A DNA stretch of 53,036 bases from an uncultured bacterium. Lineage in GTDB: Bacteria; SAR324; NAC60-12. This document shows positions 28,857 to 39,317 of this stretch, one piece after another (within the stretch, counting starts at the first letter, position 1; every line of letters begins with the position of its first letter). A model generated the notes under the pieces. The model was not told where the DNA came from. It made no database searches and saw only the letters and a program-made list of their open reading frames with translations. Made by a program: the position numbers and the translations under genes. Location: contig CAXGMD010000013.1 of the NCBI GenBank assembly GCA_964010765.1, forward strand, positions 1 through 53,036, read 5' to 3'.

Positions 28857-30617
28857 ATGCGCTTCAGCGATGATTTTGTTCGTGAGGTAGTCAATCGTAC
28901 TGACCTCGTCCAGTTAATGGAAGAACGAGGTGTCGCTCTACGCCGCACAGGTAGTACCTTCAAAGCCTGCTGTCCTTTCCATTCTGAAAAGACCCCATCC
29001 TTCAACGTCAATCCGCAGCGTGGCTTCTTTCATTGTTTTGGCTGCGGAACTAGCGGTGATGCCATTCGTTTTCTGATGTTGTTCGAACGTTTGACCTTTG
29101 CCGAAGCGGTCACCGACCTCGCCAACAAGGCGGGCGTAGAGTTGCGTCACGAAGGTAAATCGGATCAGCGTAAACCTGACCAGGAAGCTGGTCTGCATGC
29201 TTTACAACTCGCTAGCGACTTCTATAAACAACAACTGCAAGGACCAACTGGACAAGATGTTCGTGCATACTTAGATCAGCGTTATGTCCCTGCAGAATGG
29301 CAGGAACGCTTTCAGCTTGGCTTTGCTCCAGATGATTGGCAGCGACTTCACCAGTATCTCCTTGCCCAAAAAATTCCTGCTCAGATTCAAGAGCAGTGCG
29401 GGCTAGTCAAAATGGCAGAACAGCAAGAGCGTCGCTACGACCGCTTTCGCAACCGACTGATCTTCCCCATTCGGGATGCTCGGGGACGTTGTATCGGCTT
29501 TGGGGGTAGGGTCATCCGTAGCGAAGATCAACCGAAGTATTTGAATAGTCCTGAGACCCCATACTACCGTAAAAGCCAGGTCCTCTACGGTCTTTACGAA
29601 GGCTTGGAAGCGATTCGTCGGAGTCGTGAACTGATCTTTGTGGAAGGGTATCTGGATGTAATCCGGATGCATCAGTATGGCTTCGCCCAGGCAGTCGCTA
29701 CTTGTGGGACCGCGTTAACTCCTGAACACCTGCAGCTGATTCGACGCCACGCCAACTCGGTGGTCTTACTGTTCGATGGTGACGCTGCAGGTCAAAAAGC
29801 AGCTTTGAAGAATTGTCAGTTGTTTCTGCCTGTTCCCCTCGACACCTACATCCTAACACTCCCTGAAAACGAAGATCCTGACAGCTTTTTACAGAATAAA
29901 GGCGAAGAAGCGTTCTCCAAATTGCTAGCGAAGAAGCAGCCTCTCTTAGAGTATTTGATCCGGCAAACTTTAGCAAAATATCCTGAAACTGTCCCCGGAC
30001 GCCAGGAAGCTCTTCGTGAGTTACTCGTCGCAGCTCAGCCGATTCCAAAACTTGAACAGCGCCAGATGGTTTGGGTGCAAATTGCGGAGGCACTACGCCT
30101 ACCTAACGAAACAGTTTTTGCTGCAGCAAAAACCTTGACAAATTTCTCACAAAATAATAGAGTACTCGGTTCTTCAAATTCTGTGATTCGTCAATCACCG
30201 CATTCACCAGACGAGCGGTTTTTGCTGCAAGCGCTGCTGACCGAAGCTCAATTGATGTCTCTTGCGAAGCAGTTTTTGCGTCCAGAAGATTTCCGACACT
30301 CCCTCTATCGGCAACTGTATGAACAACTGTTGCAGCTCCCAGACGACGCATCTAGCGCCCACCTTCCACAACAATTTGCCAAGGAGCAACCAGAGTTGGC
30401 GCGGGAATTGGCAGCCTTGTACGCCACCGACTTCTTGCACGAACATCTTGAGTCTCAGTTCCGTCTCTCTCTGCGCCGTCTCAAGGAACGTCACCTGCGA
30501 GAATATCGCCAGGAACGCTTGCAGTTGGTAGCGCCCAATTCAACAGAACATGCTCTGTTGGGACGTACCTTACGTCAGATGGAAGAAGAGTTGAACCGCA
30601 TTTTCAAACCTCGCTAA
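28857..30617 (+). CDS. dnaG: DNA primase
   Basis: [17 protein letters not shown] zinc finger, [29 protein letters not shown]. Confidence 0.98.
   Translation: MRFSDDFVREVVNRTDLVQLMEERGVALRRTGSTFKACCPFHSEKTPSFNVNPQRGFFHCFGCGTSGDAIRFLMLFERLTFAEAVTDLANKAGVELRHEGKSDQRKPDQEAGLHALQLASDFYKQQLQGPTGQDVRAYLDQRYVPAEWQERFQLGFAPDDWQRLHQYLLAQKIPAQIQEQCGLVKMAEQQERRYDRFRNRLIFPIRDARGRCIGFGGRVIRSEDQPKYLNSPETPYYRKSQVLYGLYEGLEAIRRSRELIFVEGYLDVIRMHQYGFAQAVATCGTALTPEHLQLIRRHANSVVLLFDGDAAGQKAALKNCQLFLPVPLDTYILTLPENEDPDSFLQNKGEEAFSKLLAKKQPLLEYLIRQTLAKYPETVPGRQEALRELLVAAQPIPKLEQRQMVWVQIAEALRLPNETVFAAAKTLTNFSQNNRVLGSSNSVIRQSPHSPDERFLLQALLTEAQLMSLAKQFLRPEDFRHSLYRQLYEQLLQLPDDASSAHLPQQFAKEQPELARELAALYATDFLHEHLESQFRLSLRRLKERHLREYRQERLQLVAPNSTEHALLGRTLRQMEEELNRIFKPR
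30135..30163 (+). promoter_or_regulatory. internal sigma70-type promoter within dnaG, probably for rpoD
   Basis: TTGACA-17 bp-TAGAGT in an AT-rich patch. Confidence 0.55.
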
Positions 30618-30627
30618 GTGTGAGCCC

Positions 30628-32433
30628 ATGAACGCAAATGCCCACTCCTCCTCGCAAGCCCAAGCCGAACAAAAAATTTTGGACAAGGTAATCCGCGAGC
30701 TTCTCGCAGAAGGACGCGACAAAGGATTCGTCACTCTTGACGAAATCAATGCTCAAATCAGCAGTACCACAACTCCTGAACAGTTGGAGCGCATCCTCAA
30801 CGTTCTCTCTGATATGGACATTGAGGTCCTTGATTCAAGTAAAAATGTCAGCCTTGGCAAGCGGGAAAGCAGTAATGATATGGACTTTGAGCCCGCAGAG
30901 GAATTGGATCTGGAGCCGGGAGTTGACAACAACACTGATGACCCCGTACGCATGTATCTACGCGAGATGGGTGGTATTGAACTGCTCACCCGGGATGGAG
31001 AGGTTTCGGTTGCTCGGCAAATTGAGGAAGGCCATCAGGAGTTGATCGAAATCTTCGTAGAATCCAATCTTGTACTGCTACATCTGTTTGATGTCGCCAA
31101 GAAATTGCGCTCTGAGAAACTGCGTGCTCGTCATATCATTTCAGGACTCGATGAAGACGACAATGTCATAGAAGATGAATCCAAGGCAACACGAGAACTG
31201 ATCCAGAACTTGGATCGAGCCCGAGAAGACTATGACATTGTCTTTGGCCTTCGGCAACAATCCCAGGAGCGAGAACTGACCGAGGAAGAACAAGCCCTGA
31301 TGAACACGCACAAGCAGAATTACCAGAACACAATTCGCAGTATCAACTTCAACTCTCGGCAAATCGACAACATGTGCAGCTTGATGTTCAAGCACAAGGG
31401 CAAGATCGATTTGACCTATCGTCAGTTGGATCGATACCGGCAAAATCTGGTTCTCGATTTGGACGCTGCCGACAAATTCTTTGCAGAGTGGGAGCGAGCC
31501 CACGAAACTGAGAATGAAGAGCTAGAAGCGCCAATTCGAAAGCAGATTGAAGAGCGAGCCAAACAGCCTTTCAATATCGCCCGACGTGTCTACGAGAAAA
31601 TACAGGCTTGCCGACAGCGGATTGCAACGATGACTGAGCGCACTGCACTAGACTGGGACGCCTTCCAATTGGAAGTAAAGAAATTGCGGCAAGCCGAGCG
31701 CAACGTGAAGTTTGCCAAAAGCCAGTTGGTGGAAGCAAACCTTCGACTCGTGATCAGCATCGCCAAGAAGTATACAAACCGTGGCCTACAGTTTCTGGAT
31801 CTGATTCAGGAAGGAAACATTGGGCTGATGAAAGCCGTGGACAAGTTCGAGTATCGCCGGGGCTACAAGTTTTCAACCTATGCTACTTGGTGGATCCGTC
31901 AGTCGATTACCCGAGCGATTGCTGATCAGGCAAGGACCATCCGTATTCCTGTGCACATGATCGAGACCATCAATAAGCTCTCCCGCACCTCTCGTTCCCT
32001 GATTCAAGAGTTTGGGAGAGAACCAACACCAGATGAGTTGGCCGAGCACATCGGTATGCCGCTTCACAAGGTGCGAAAGGTTCTTAAGATCGCCAAGGAA
32101 CCAATTTCCCTCGACACGCCTATCGGAGACGATGAAGACTCGCAACTCAAGGACTTTATTGCTGATGAGAAAGCCAGTAATCCATCAGACGCGACCACGA
32201 AGGCAAATTTGGGAGACCTGACACGCACTGCTCTAGGAACCCTCACTCCACGAGAGGAAAAGGTACTGCGCATGCGCTTTGGGATCGATGAAGTCAAGGA
32301 TCACACCCTTGAAGAGGTTGGACAGGACTTTGATGTAACACGGGAGCGAATTCGCCAGATTGAAGCCAAGGCACTCCGCAAGTTGCGCCATCCGACACGG
32401 AGCAAACTACTCAAATCCTTCCACGAAGGTTGA
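30628..32433 (+). CDS. rpoD: primary RNA polymerase sigma factor
   Basis: Region 1.1, [62 protein letters not shown]. Confidence 0.99.
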   Translation: MNANAHSSSQAQAEQKILDKVIRELLAEGRDKGFVTLDEINAQISSTTTPEQLERILNVLSDMDIEVLDSSKNVSLGKRESSNDMDFEPAEELDLEPGVDNNTDDPVRMYLREMGGIELLTRDGEVSVARQIEEGHQELIEIFVESNLVLLHLFDVAKKLRSEKLRARHIISGLDEDDNVIEDESKATRELIQNLDRAREDYDIVFGLRQQSQERELTEEEQALMNTHKQNYQNTIRSINFNSRQIDNMCSLMFKHKGKIDLTYRQLDRYRQNLVLDLDAADKFFAEWERAHETENEELEAPIRKQIEERAKQPFNIARRVYEKIQACRQRIATMTERTALDWDAFQLEVKKLRQAERNVKFAKSQLVEANLRLVISIAKKYTNRGLQFLDLIQEGNIGLMKAVDKFEYRRGYKFSTYATWWIRQSITRAIADQARTIRIPVHMIETINKLSRTSRSLIQEFGREPTPDELAEHIGMPLHKVRKVLKIAKEPISLDTPIGDDEDSQLKDFIADEKASNPSDATTKANLGDLTRTALGTLTPREEKVLRMRFGIDEVKDHTLEEVGQDFDVTRERIRQIEAKALRKLRHPTRSKLLKSFHEG

Positions 32434-32434
32434 A

Positions 32435-33424
32435 ATGGAGTTGACGCATCGTCCACGGCGCTTACGTCGGAATGCTCCAATTCGATCTTTGGTACGGGAA
32501 ACCTTGCTGGCTCCACAGCAACTGATCTATCCACTCTTCGTCGCTGAAGGGAAAGGACTGCGTGAGCCAATCAGTACCATGCCGGGTCAGCATCGACTTT
32601 CTGTGGATGAATTGGTCAAAGAATGCCAAATGGCATACGAACTGGGAATTGGTGCTGTCAACCTGTTTGGTTACTCCACAGAAAAGGATGACAAGGCTAC
32701 CAAGGCCTATGATCCACAAGGGCTAGTGCAACGAGCCATTAGGGCGATCAAGACTGCACTGCCCGATCTTTGCGTTCAGACCGATGTTGCCCTCGACCCC
32801 TATACTATCCATGGCCATGATGGTTTGGTTGTGGGAGAAGAGATCGTCAACGATGAGACTATCGAGGTCCTTTGTAGGATGGCAGTTTCTCATGCTGAAG
32901 CTGGAGCCGACTGGATTGCTCCCTCCGACATGATGGATGGTCGAGTAGGTGCAATCCGTGAAGCGCTGGACGCTTCTGGGTTTGAGCAAGTTAGCATCTT
33001 GGCTTACACAGCAAAGTACGCATCCTGCTTTTATGGTCCCTTCCGAGGGGCTCTGGATTCAGCACCTAAAAAAGGCGATAAGAAAACTTATCAGATAGAT
33101 CCCGCAAACTGGCGTGAGGCTCTACGAGAAGCCGAACTGGACATCTCCGAGGGAGCCGACGTAATCATGGTCAAACCTGCCTTGGGCTATCTCGATGTAG
33201 TCACCCGTCTGCGAGAAGCTTTTGATTTGCCGATTGCCGCCTACAACGTCTCTGGCGAATATGCGATGATCTGTGCTGCTGCAGAAAAAGGGTGGATTGA
33301 CCAGGAGCGTGCAATGATGGAAGCTCTGCTCTCAATTCGTCGAGCCGGAGCTGACATGGTCCTCACTTACTTTGCTCCTGCTGCTGCGCGGTTACTTCAG
33401 CAGCAAGTCCACTCCTTTTCTTGA
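32435..33424 (+). CDS. hemB: porphobilinogen synthase, Asp-rich zinc-independent type
   Basis: RPRRLR, DVALDPYTIHGHDG, APSDMMDGRV, KKTYQIDPAN, MVKPA, AYNVSGEYAMI. Confidence 0.97.
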   Translation: MELTHRPRRLRRNAPIRSLVRETLLAPQQLIYPLFVAEGKGLREPISTMPGQHRLSVDELVKECQMAYELGIGAVNLFGYSTEKDDKATKAYDPQGLVQRAIRAIKTALPDLCVQTDVALDPYTIHGHDGLVVGEEIVNDETIEVLCRMAVSHAEAGADWIAPSDMMDGRVGAIREALDASGFEQVSILAYTAKYASCFYGPFRGALDSAPKKGDKKTYQIDPANWREALREAELDISEGADVIMVKPALGYLDVVTRLREAFDLPIAAYNVSGEYAMICAAAEKGWIDQERAMMEALLSIRRAGADMVLTYFAPAAARLLQQQVHSFS

Positions 33425-34341
33425 GTCCCCGCACTTTTCAACTCTTTCATCGGCCAAACTTGTCCTTGTCTAAGGAACGCTGGGGCATGTTGGCCGTTCT
33501 CAGTTCGGCCTTCCTGCTGTACCTCCACACAGTTGTCATGCGCTGGGGGCAAGAAGCTGTACCGACCCTGACTTCCAATTTCTATCTCTTTGTCCGCTTT
33601 TTGCTCGGCTGGATAATTATCTCCTGTGTCTTGTACCGAGCTCGAAGGCTCCCCAAAATAGAAGATAGAGGCTGGGTTGCCCTTCGTGCTATTGCCAACC
33701 TGCTCTCTGTTTTCTGCTTCTACCAAGCCGTTCAAGAGACTGGACTGGCTGAAGCCAATATTCTCAATATGACCTATCCAGTTTTTATCGTTGTGCTCAG
33801 TTGGTTGGGTCTAGGAGAACGAGACTGGCTGGCCTCTGGACTGACCGTTATTGCCTTTGTTGGCATTGTGCTGGTGATGTTTCCAGGAGAGTTTTATTGG
33901 CAGAAGGGCAATTTTTGGGGGATTGCCTCAGGATTTATTGCTGCTTTTGGCATGCTTGCACTCAATCGAGCCAGACAGCGCAATTCAGCCACAGATTTGT
34001 TGTTTTACGTTTTTGGCACGGGTGCTGTGATCTGTCTGATAGGGTTCTATCGAGAGTTTTTCTGGCCAAGCTGGCTAGAAGCTCAATACCTATTTGGTAG
34101 TGCAGCGCTTAGTTTTATTGGTCAATATGCTCTGACGCTAGGATTCCGCTATGTGACTCCCGTGGAAGGAAGCATTATCTCTTCAACACGTATCCTGATT
34201 GCCGCAGCCCTTGGCCCCGTACTACTTGCAGGGGAAGTGCTTTCACTAGGTGGCTGGGTGGGGGCTGCACTGGTTTTTCTTGCTAATGTTTTGCTGGCTC
34301 ATCGCCTTTGGCAAGCTGCTGATAAACAGATAAGTCTATGA
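33421..34341 (+). CDS. DMT/EamA family transporter
   Basis: About 10 hydrophobic helices; YPVFIVVLSWL, G..GIVLV pattern; start 33421 (TTG) or 33487. Confidence 0.85.
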   Translation: MSPRTFQLFHRPNLSLSKERWGMLAVLSSAFLLYLHTVVMRWGQEAVPTLTSNFYLFVRFLLGWIIISCVLYRARRLPKIEDRGWVALRAIANLLSVFCFYQAVQETGLAEANILNMTYPVFIVVLSWLGLGERDWLASGLTVIAFVGIVLVMFPGEFYWQKGNFWGIASGFIAAFGMLALNRARQRNSATDLLFYVFGTGAVICLIGFYREFFWPSWLEAQYLFGSAALSFIGQYALTLGFRYVTPVEGSIISSTRILIAAALGPVLLAGEVLSLGGWVGAALVFLANVLLAHRLWQAADKQISL

Positions 34342-35414
34342 AAGATTTTGCTCACAACATTCTAGATCATCTGCCTTCGGCATTACTCGTTTGTGATCAG
34401 CGTGGTCAGGTCATTTATGCCAATGAAGCAGCCTCCAGACTCTGGCAGAAAGATACACAAAAACTCTGCAAAAAGCCTTTTGATCTACTTTTTCTAGGTG
34501 ATGAAACCCTTCTGTCTAAGCTTTATCAAGCTTTACGGCATGGGAAAGAATTCAATGCAAAAGAGTATAAGATTGATGCCCCAAATCTTCGACAAGGAAT
34601 CTTTGAGCTTAGCATCAGTCCGGTCTACGAAGATGGCAAAATCGTTAGTGCTCTCATCACCCTCTATGACATATCAGCGCAGCGTGACAAGCAGGAGAGG
34701 GAGCAGCAGCTACATCTCAACAATGCAATCGGGATGTTGGCCTCCTCGATGGCTCATGAAATCCAAAATCCTCTCGGTGGCATCAAGGGGGCTACCCAGT
34801 TACAAATGAGAGATTTGGAGGAACTGGGGATCTCCACAGAGCCTTCGGAGATGGTTTTGGAGGAAATCAATCGAATTGAGCGCCTGTTGGAAGAGTTGCT
34901 TCTGCACTCCGACCCCCTACCCTTATCAGCCCAGCCTTTCAATATCCATGAAGTACTGGAGACCGTCATTTGGTTTGAAGAAAACCGAGGCAATCGGCGA
35001 TTGCTGCTGAACCGTATTTTTGACCCATCTCTCCCTGATATTGAAGGCGATCGTGATAAGTTGCACCAAGTCTTTTTAAACCTGATCAGAAACGCCATTG
35101 AAGCTTCTCCCGAAGGTGGGGAAGTGACAATCCGCAGTTCTTTCTGTAGTCAATGGCAGCTAGCCGGGAAACATCTCGCCCCCCAGCGAAAATATATGCT
35201 GATCGAAGTACAGGACCAAGGACCAGGGGTAGCTGACAAACACATCGGACAATTGTTTCAACCCCTCTTTACCACCAAACCAACTGGACATGGACTGGGT
35301 TTGTCAATTTCTTACCGCATCATTCAATCTCATGCTGGTCTCCTGAATTACCAACCGATCCCTGGAGGTGGGGCTTTGTTCCAAGTCTATCTACCTACCC
35401 AACAGATAGGCTAA
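34338..35414 (+). CDS. NtrB/GlnL-like PAS sensor histidine kinase
   Basis: PAS (YANEAA), H-box AHEIQNPLGGIKGA, N-box QVFLNLIRNAIEA, DQGPG, FTTK, GHGLGL. Confidence 0.9.
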   Translation: MKDFAHNILDHLPSALLVCDQRGQVIYANEAASRLWQKDTQKLCKKPFDLLFLGDETLLSKLYQALRHGKEFNAKEYKIDAPNLRQGIFELSISPVYEDGKIVSALITLYDISAQRDKQEREQQLHLNNAIGMLASSMAHEIQNPLGGIKGATQLQMRDLEELGISTEPSEMVLEEINRIERLLEELLLHSDPLPLSAQPFNIHEVLETVIWFEENRGNRRLLLNRIFDPSLPDIEGDRDKLHQVFLNLIRNAIEASPEGGEVTIRSSFCSQWQLAGKHLAPQRKYMLIEVQDQGPGVADKHIGQLFQPLFTTKPTGHGLGLSISYRIIQSHAGLLNYQPIPGGGALFQVYLPTQQIG

Positions 35415-35432
35415 TTCCAGCTTATTAGCCTA
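35407..35432 (+). terminator. inverted repeat at the kinase 3' end
   Basis: TAGGCTAAT-TCCAGCTT-ATTAGCCTA; no clear U tract. Confidence 0.4.
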
Positions 35433-35454
35433 ATCCAAACCAAGGATTTTCATC

Positions 35455-35483
35455 TTGTCATCGAATCAGAGCATCGCTAGCTT
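35455..35483 (+). promoter_or_regulatory. sigma70-type promoter for the MBL-cNMP gene
   Basis: TTGTCA-17 bp-TAGCTT, followed by a GGGAGGTG SD and TTG start. Confidence 0.5.
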
Positions 35484-35534
35484 GAGATACCTTTTTGTCT
35501 TTTTGCTCATGAATCCTCGTCAGGGAGGTGTGTT

Positions 35535-37730
35535 TTGATCGAAAAAACCCAGATTACCACGGGAGTCTACTGGGTTGCTGTTCCACAGGCCCAACTTCGT
35601 ATTCTTTGCGGTTGCCCAGCTGATAGCGTCAAGCACTTGATGAAAAAGGGCTTGATTCAGTGGGTTGAGAAGAACGGAGTGACTTATGAGACCGGGCCCA
35701 ACGCCATCCTGCTCTCAGATCTCTCACTGCAGAACGGACATTTCGCCAACCTTGCGGAATTCCCGGTGCTTCAGATGCTCTACCGCCAGGGCATCATCAT
35801 CCCCAATCATCCTAACAATACAGGGAACAAACCAATCCTGATCGGCCAAGAAGAGATTGTTCGCTCACAAATGAACTATATCTATCGGGGTAACTACGGT
35901 CTGATTTCCCTGCAGGAGATCGAAGCGGCTGGTATCGCGCCTGATGTCGCGGATGAGATGATGAGAATGAAACTCCGCTTTGCCTTCGGCAATATCCGTC
36001 CAACGGAGGATCTGCTTGAAGACTGCATTGTTCGTGATCAGGCAGTGGAGATTCGAAATGGGGTTCTTGTTCGTAGACTTGGCTTCAATATCTACGAGTT
36101 CAGCTATGAAGGCGACTCGGTGCAGGTCGATCTAAATCTGAGCGAGGGAGAGGCCTATGAAACACCCTATGAACTTGGAGCACATCAGGTCAGTCGAGAT
36201 TACTTCGCAATCACACACTCTGGCGAGGGAGATGGATGGGATACCAACCGCCCCTGCATGGCTAGCATCGTCACATTTCAGGGACGCATCTACCTGATTG
36301 ACGCTGGACCCAACATTTCTCACAGCATCAATGCGCTGGGAATCAATGTCAATGAGATCGAAGGCATCTTCCACACCCATGCGCACGATGACCACTTTGC
36401 TGGGCTGACCTCATTAATTCGTTCTGACCACCGCATTAAATACTACTCGACTCGACTCGTTCGTGAATCCGTCACCAAGAAATTAGCAGCCTTGATGTCA
36501 ATTGATGAGAATCAGTTCGATGAGTTTTTTGATGTGCACGACCTTGAGTTTGACACTTGGAACAATGTCAATGGCTTGGAAGTCTTCCCAGTATTTTCAC
36601 CTCACCCAGTAGAGACCAACATCCTCTTCCTACGTACTCTTTGGAAGGAGGGCCATGTCACTTACGCTCATCTCGCGGACATCACTGCCTTCAGTGTTTT
36701 AGAGGGAATGATCAGTGACGACCCCAAAACCCCTGGAATTTCTCGTGAACTCTATGAACGCACCCGATCCCATTACCTGACCAAGGTAACTCTGAAAAAG
36801 ATTGATATTGGGGGAGGGATGATCCACGGCTTGGCGACTGATTTTCGAGCAGACAATTCAACAAAAATTGTGCTCTCTCACACCTCCGGTCCTCTGTCGA
36901 ATCAGGAAAAAGAGATCGGTTCCGGTTTAGCCTTTGGGATGACAGACATACTGATCCCAGGAAAGATCGATTATTACCTGAAGTACGCAGCAAAGTATCT
37001 CCACGCCTACTACCCGACGGTTCCTGAGAGCGAGATCAACATGCTGCTGAACTGCCCAAGAGTGTCGTTTAGTGCAGGGACCATCCTGCTCAAGAATAAC
37101 GAGGCTCCAGCCCACGTTTATTTGATTCTGACCGGCAGTGTAGAGTTCATCCGTGCTGAGAGCAAAGTCAACAACATTCTCTCTGCAGGTTCATTGGCTG
37201 GAGATATGGGTGCGCTGTTTGGCCTAATCAACTTTGGTACCTACCGGTCTGCCAGCTACATTGAGACTCTCCAGATTCCAAGTCCTCTCTTCGAGGAGTT
37301 TGTTGCGCGTAACCGGATCTTCAACGAAATCCAGCGAGTGCAGGATCGTATTGAGTTCATGCGGTCAACCCCTTTATTTGGAGAGTCGGTCTCTTATCCA
37401 ATTCAGACCAAAATCGCCCAGGTGATGGAGCAAGAGTTCTATCCTGAAGGAAATGAGATCGAACTCACTCAACCCTCTCTGGTGTTGATCCGTCGAGGTC
37501 AGGTTGAATTGTTAATGGAAGGGAAGACCCCACAGGTTGTAGAAGAAGGGGAATTCTGTGGCGAAGAAACGATTCTCGGACAACAGCGTCGCTTCCTGAT
37601 GAGAGCGGTTAAGGACTCACGAGTGTACAAGATCAGTGACTCAGAATTGCTTAGAGAAATTCCAATCGTGCGCTGGAAACTGCTAGAACGTTCCGAGCAG
37701 CGCAACAGTGCGTTTTGGCTCGAAGCCTAA
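35535..37730 (+). CDS. metallo-beta-lactamase-fold hydrolase with two C-terminal cyclic-nucleotide-binding domains
   Basis: YLIDAGP, HTHAHDDH, PHPVET, HLAD, IHG, LSH; cNMP-like VYLILTGSVE..GSLAGD and LIRRGQVE..GEFCGEE. Confidence 0.8.
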   Translation: MIEKTQITTGVYWVAVPQAQLRILCGCPADSVKHLMKKGLIQWVEKNGVTYETGPNAILLSDLSLQNGHFANLAEFPVLQMLYRQGIIIPNHPNNTGNKPILIGQEEIVRSQMNYIYRGNYGLISLQEIEAAGIAPDVADEMMRMKLRFAFGNIRPTEDLLEDCIVRDQAVEIRNGVLVRRLGFNIYEFSYEGDSVQVDLNLSEGEAYETPYELGAHQVSRDYFAITHSGEGDGWDTNRPCMASIVTFQGRIYLIDAGPNISHSINALGINVNEIEGIFHTHAHDDHFAGLTSLIRSDHRIKYYSTRLVRESVTKKLAALMSIDENQFDEFFDVHDLEFDTWNNVNGLEVFPVFSPHPVETNILFLRTLWKEGHVTYAHLADITAFSVLEGMISDDPKTPGISRELYERTRSHYLTKVTLKKIDIGGGMIHGLATDFRADNSTKIVLSHTSGPLSNQEKEIGSGLAFGMTDILIPGKIDYYLKYAAKYLHAYYPTVPESEINMLLNCPRVSFSAGTILLKNNEAPAHVYLILTGSVEFIRAESKVNNILSAGSLAGDMGALFGLINFGTYRSASYIETLQIPSPLFEEFVARNRIFNEIQRVQDRIEFMRSTPLFGESVSYPIQTKIAQVMEQEFYPEGNEIELTQPSLVLIRRGQVELLMEGKTPQVVEEGEFCGEETILGQQRRFLMRAVKDSRVYKISDSELLREIPIVRWKLLERSEQRNSAFWLEA

Positions 37731-37732
37731 GT

Positions 37733-37981
37733 TTAGCGTGTGCCTGTACGAGAGAGTTCTTCACGAATCCATTGTTGGATAGCTGGGCGGTAGAGTTCTA
37801 GCAGGTCTTCTCCCAACTGCGTCAACGTGTAGCCTCGTCCTTGGCATTGAAAGCATTTCTGTGAAAGATGAGGCTGCAAAGTATCGATTTCCAAATATCC
37901 TAATTTTCGACCATTCCCCTCACAAACTTTGCAAGACTCCTTGAAATCTGCGAGTAAACTTGGTGGCTGGTTTGGTTGCAT
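37733..37981 (-). CDS. small DnaJ-type zinc-finger protein resembling anti-TRAP (RtpA)
   Basis: CKVCEGNG...CFQCQGRGYTLTQLGEDLLEL; fits exactly between its neighbours. Confidence 0.7.
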   Translation of the reverse strand: MQPNQPPSLLADFKESCKVCEGNGRKLGYLEIDTLQPHLSQKCFQCQGRGYTLTQLGEDLLELYRPAIQQWIREELSRTGTR

Positions 37982-38016
37982 GCTCTGCCTAAAAATTCTG
38001 TTAATAAATCAAAATC

Positions 38017-38538
38017 ATGATCGTTCCTGATACTCACCTCCGCCAGATGGTCACTCGGGGCTATCTCCCAGAGGGGGTCAAGATTGGCCCCTCTAGTGTA
38101 GACCTCACCTTGGGCAATAGCTTCAGCTGGTTGGCTCCCTCTCGAAGAAAAATTGTGCTGGGTGAACCTGTCGAATATGCCTCTGAAGTAGCTGACAGCT
38201 ATGAGTTGCTACCCAATCACTTTGTCCTGGCCACAACGCGTGAGAGCATTCGGATTCCCAATAACATGGCTGCTTATGTCGAGGGACGTTCCAGCATTGG
38301 TCGACTCGGTTTGCAGGTCCAAAACGCAGGCTTTATTGATGCTGGTTTTGAGGGCCAGATCACTCTGGAACTGGAAAACCAGTCACCATTTCCAATCGTT
38401 CTGCAAGTTGGGGTTCGTATCTGTCAAATCGTGTTTGTTCAGATGCTCGAAACGGCAGAGCAACCTTATGCTGGTAAGTACCTAAATCAACGTGGGGCTA
38501 CTCCGAGTCGCCTAGATCAAGATTCTGAGTTCGAGTGA
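38017..38538 (+). CDS. dcd: dCTP deaminase
   Basis: PSSVDLTLG, VEGRSSIGRLGL, AGFIDAGFEGQITLEL, ICQIVF, PYAGKYLNQRG. Confidence 0.95.
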   Translation: MIVPDTHLRQMVTRGYLPEGVKIGPSSVDLTLGNSFSWLAPSRRKIVLGEPVEYASEVADSYELLPNHFVLATTRESIRIPNNMAAYVEGRSSIGRLGLQVQNAGFIDAGFEGQITLELENQSPFPIVLQVGVRICQIVFVQMLETAEQPYAGKYLNQRGATPSRLDQDSEFE

Positions 38539-39317
38539 CTCCACAAGCTTTGGTTTTTGCCGCTGGACTCGGCACCCGCTTGGCTCCTCTGACAAAACAA
38601 CTTCCCAAAGCTCTCGCCCCAATTCGCGGCATTCCTGCTCTTGAGTGGATTCTGCGCAGACTCGAACAGCAGCAAGTCCAGCAGGTCGTGATCAACACAC
38701 ATGCACACGCAGAAAAAATCCATCGCTTTGTTGAAGCTCGCACTCCTGCTTCTCTGAACCTACAAATCTCACACGAACCAATCCTTCTTGATACTGGTGG
38801 TGGACTGCGGCAAAGCCGTTCTTTTTGGTCCATGAACATGCCGATTTTACTGCACAATGCAGATGTCTTCTCCAACGCTGATTTGACCACTGCCTGGCAA
38901 GTTCACTCTGAAACCAACCCGCTGGCAACCCTGCTCGTACAGCAACGCCCAACCAATAATCGCCTGCTCGTTGACGAGGCTGATCTTCTCTGTGGGGTTC
39001 ACTATGTGAAGCAACAGGATCACCGCATTCTACGAGACCCCATTGGCAGCCTGCGAGAAGTCGGCTTTTGTGGGATTCATTTGGTTGCCCCAAGGATTTT
39101 CGAAGTTTTGCCTGAGCAGGAAGTCTTCAGAATTATTCCCCTTTACCTAGAGCAGGTCACCCGAGGTGAAGAAATCCGAACCGTAGATATCGGCTCCGCC
39201 TATTGGCGAGATATCGGCACCTTGAGCAGTCTCCAGCAGTTGGAAACTGACTGGCTAGCCGTTCCAGGACTAGCTGATGCTCACCGTGGATGCTCACCAC
39301 ATTCAATCAAGGCATGA
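38535..39317 (+). CDS. sugar-phosphate nucleotidyltransferase (MurU-like)
   Basis: AAGLGTRLAPLTKQLPKAL, LLDTGGGL, HNADV, WRDIGT. Confidence 0.88.
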   Translation: MTPQALVFAAGLGTRLAPLTKQLPKALAPIRGIPALEWILRRLEQQQVQQVVINTHAHAEKIHRFVEARTPASLNLQISHEPILLDTGGGLRQSRSFWSMNMPILLHNADVFSNADLTTAWQVHSETNPLATLLVQQRPTNNRLLVDEADLLCGVHYVKQQDHRILRDPIGSLREVGFCGIHLVAPRIFEVLPEQEVFRIIPLYLEQVTRGEEIRTVDIGSAYWRDIGTLSSLQQLETDWLAVPGLADAHRGCSPHSIKA

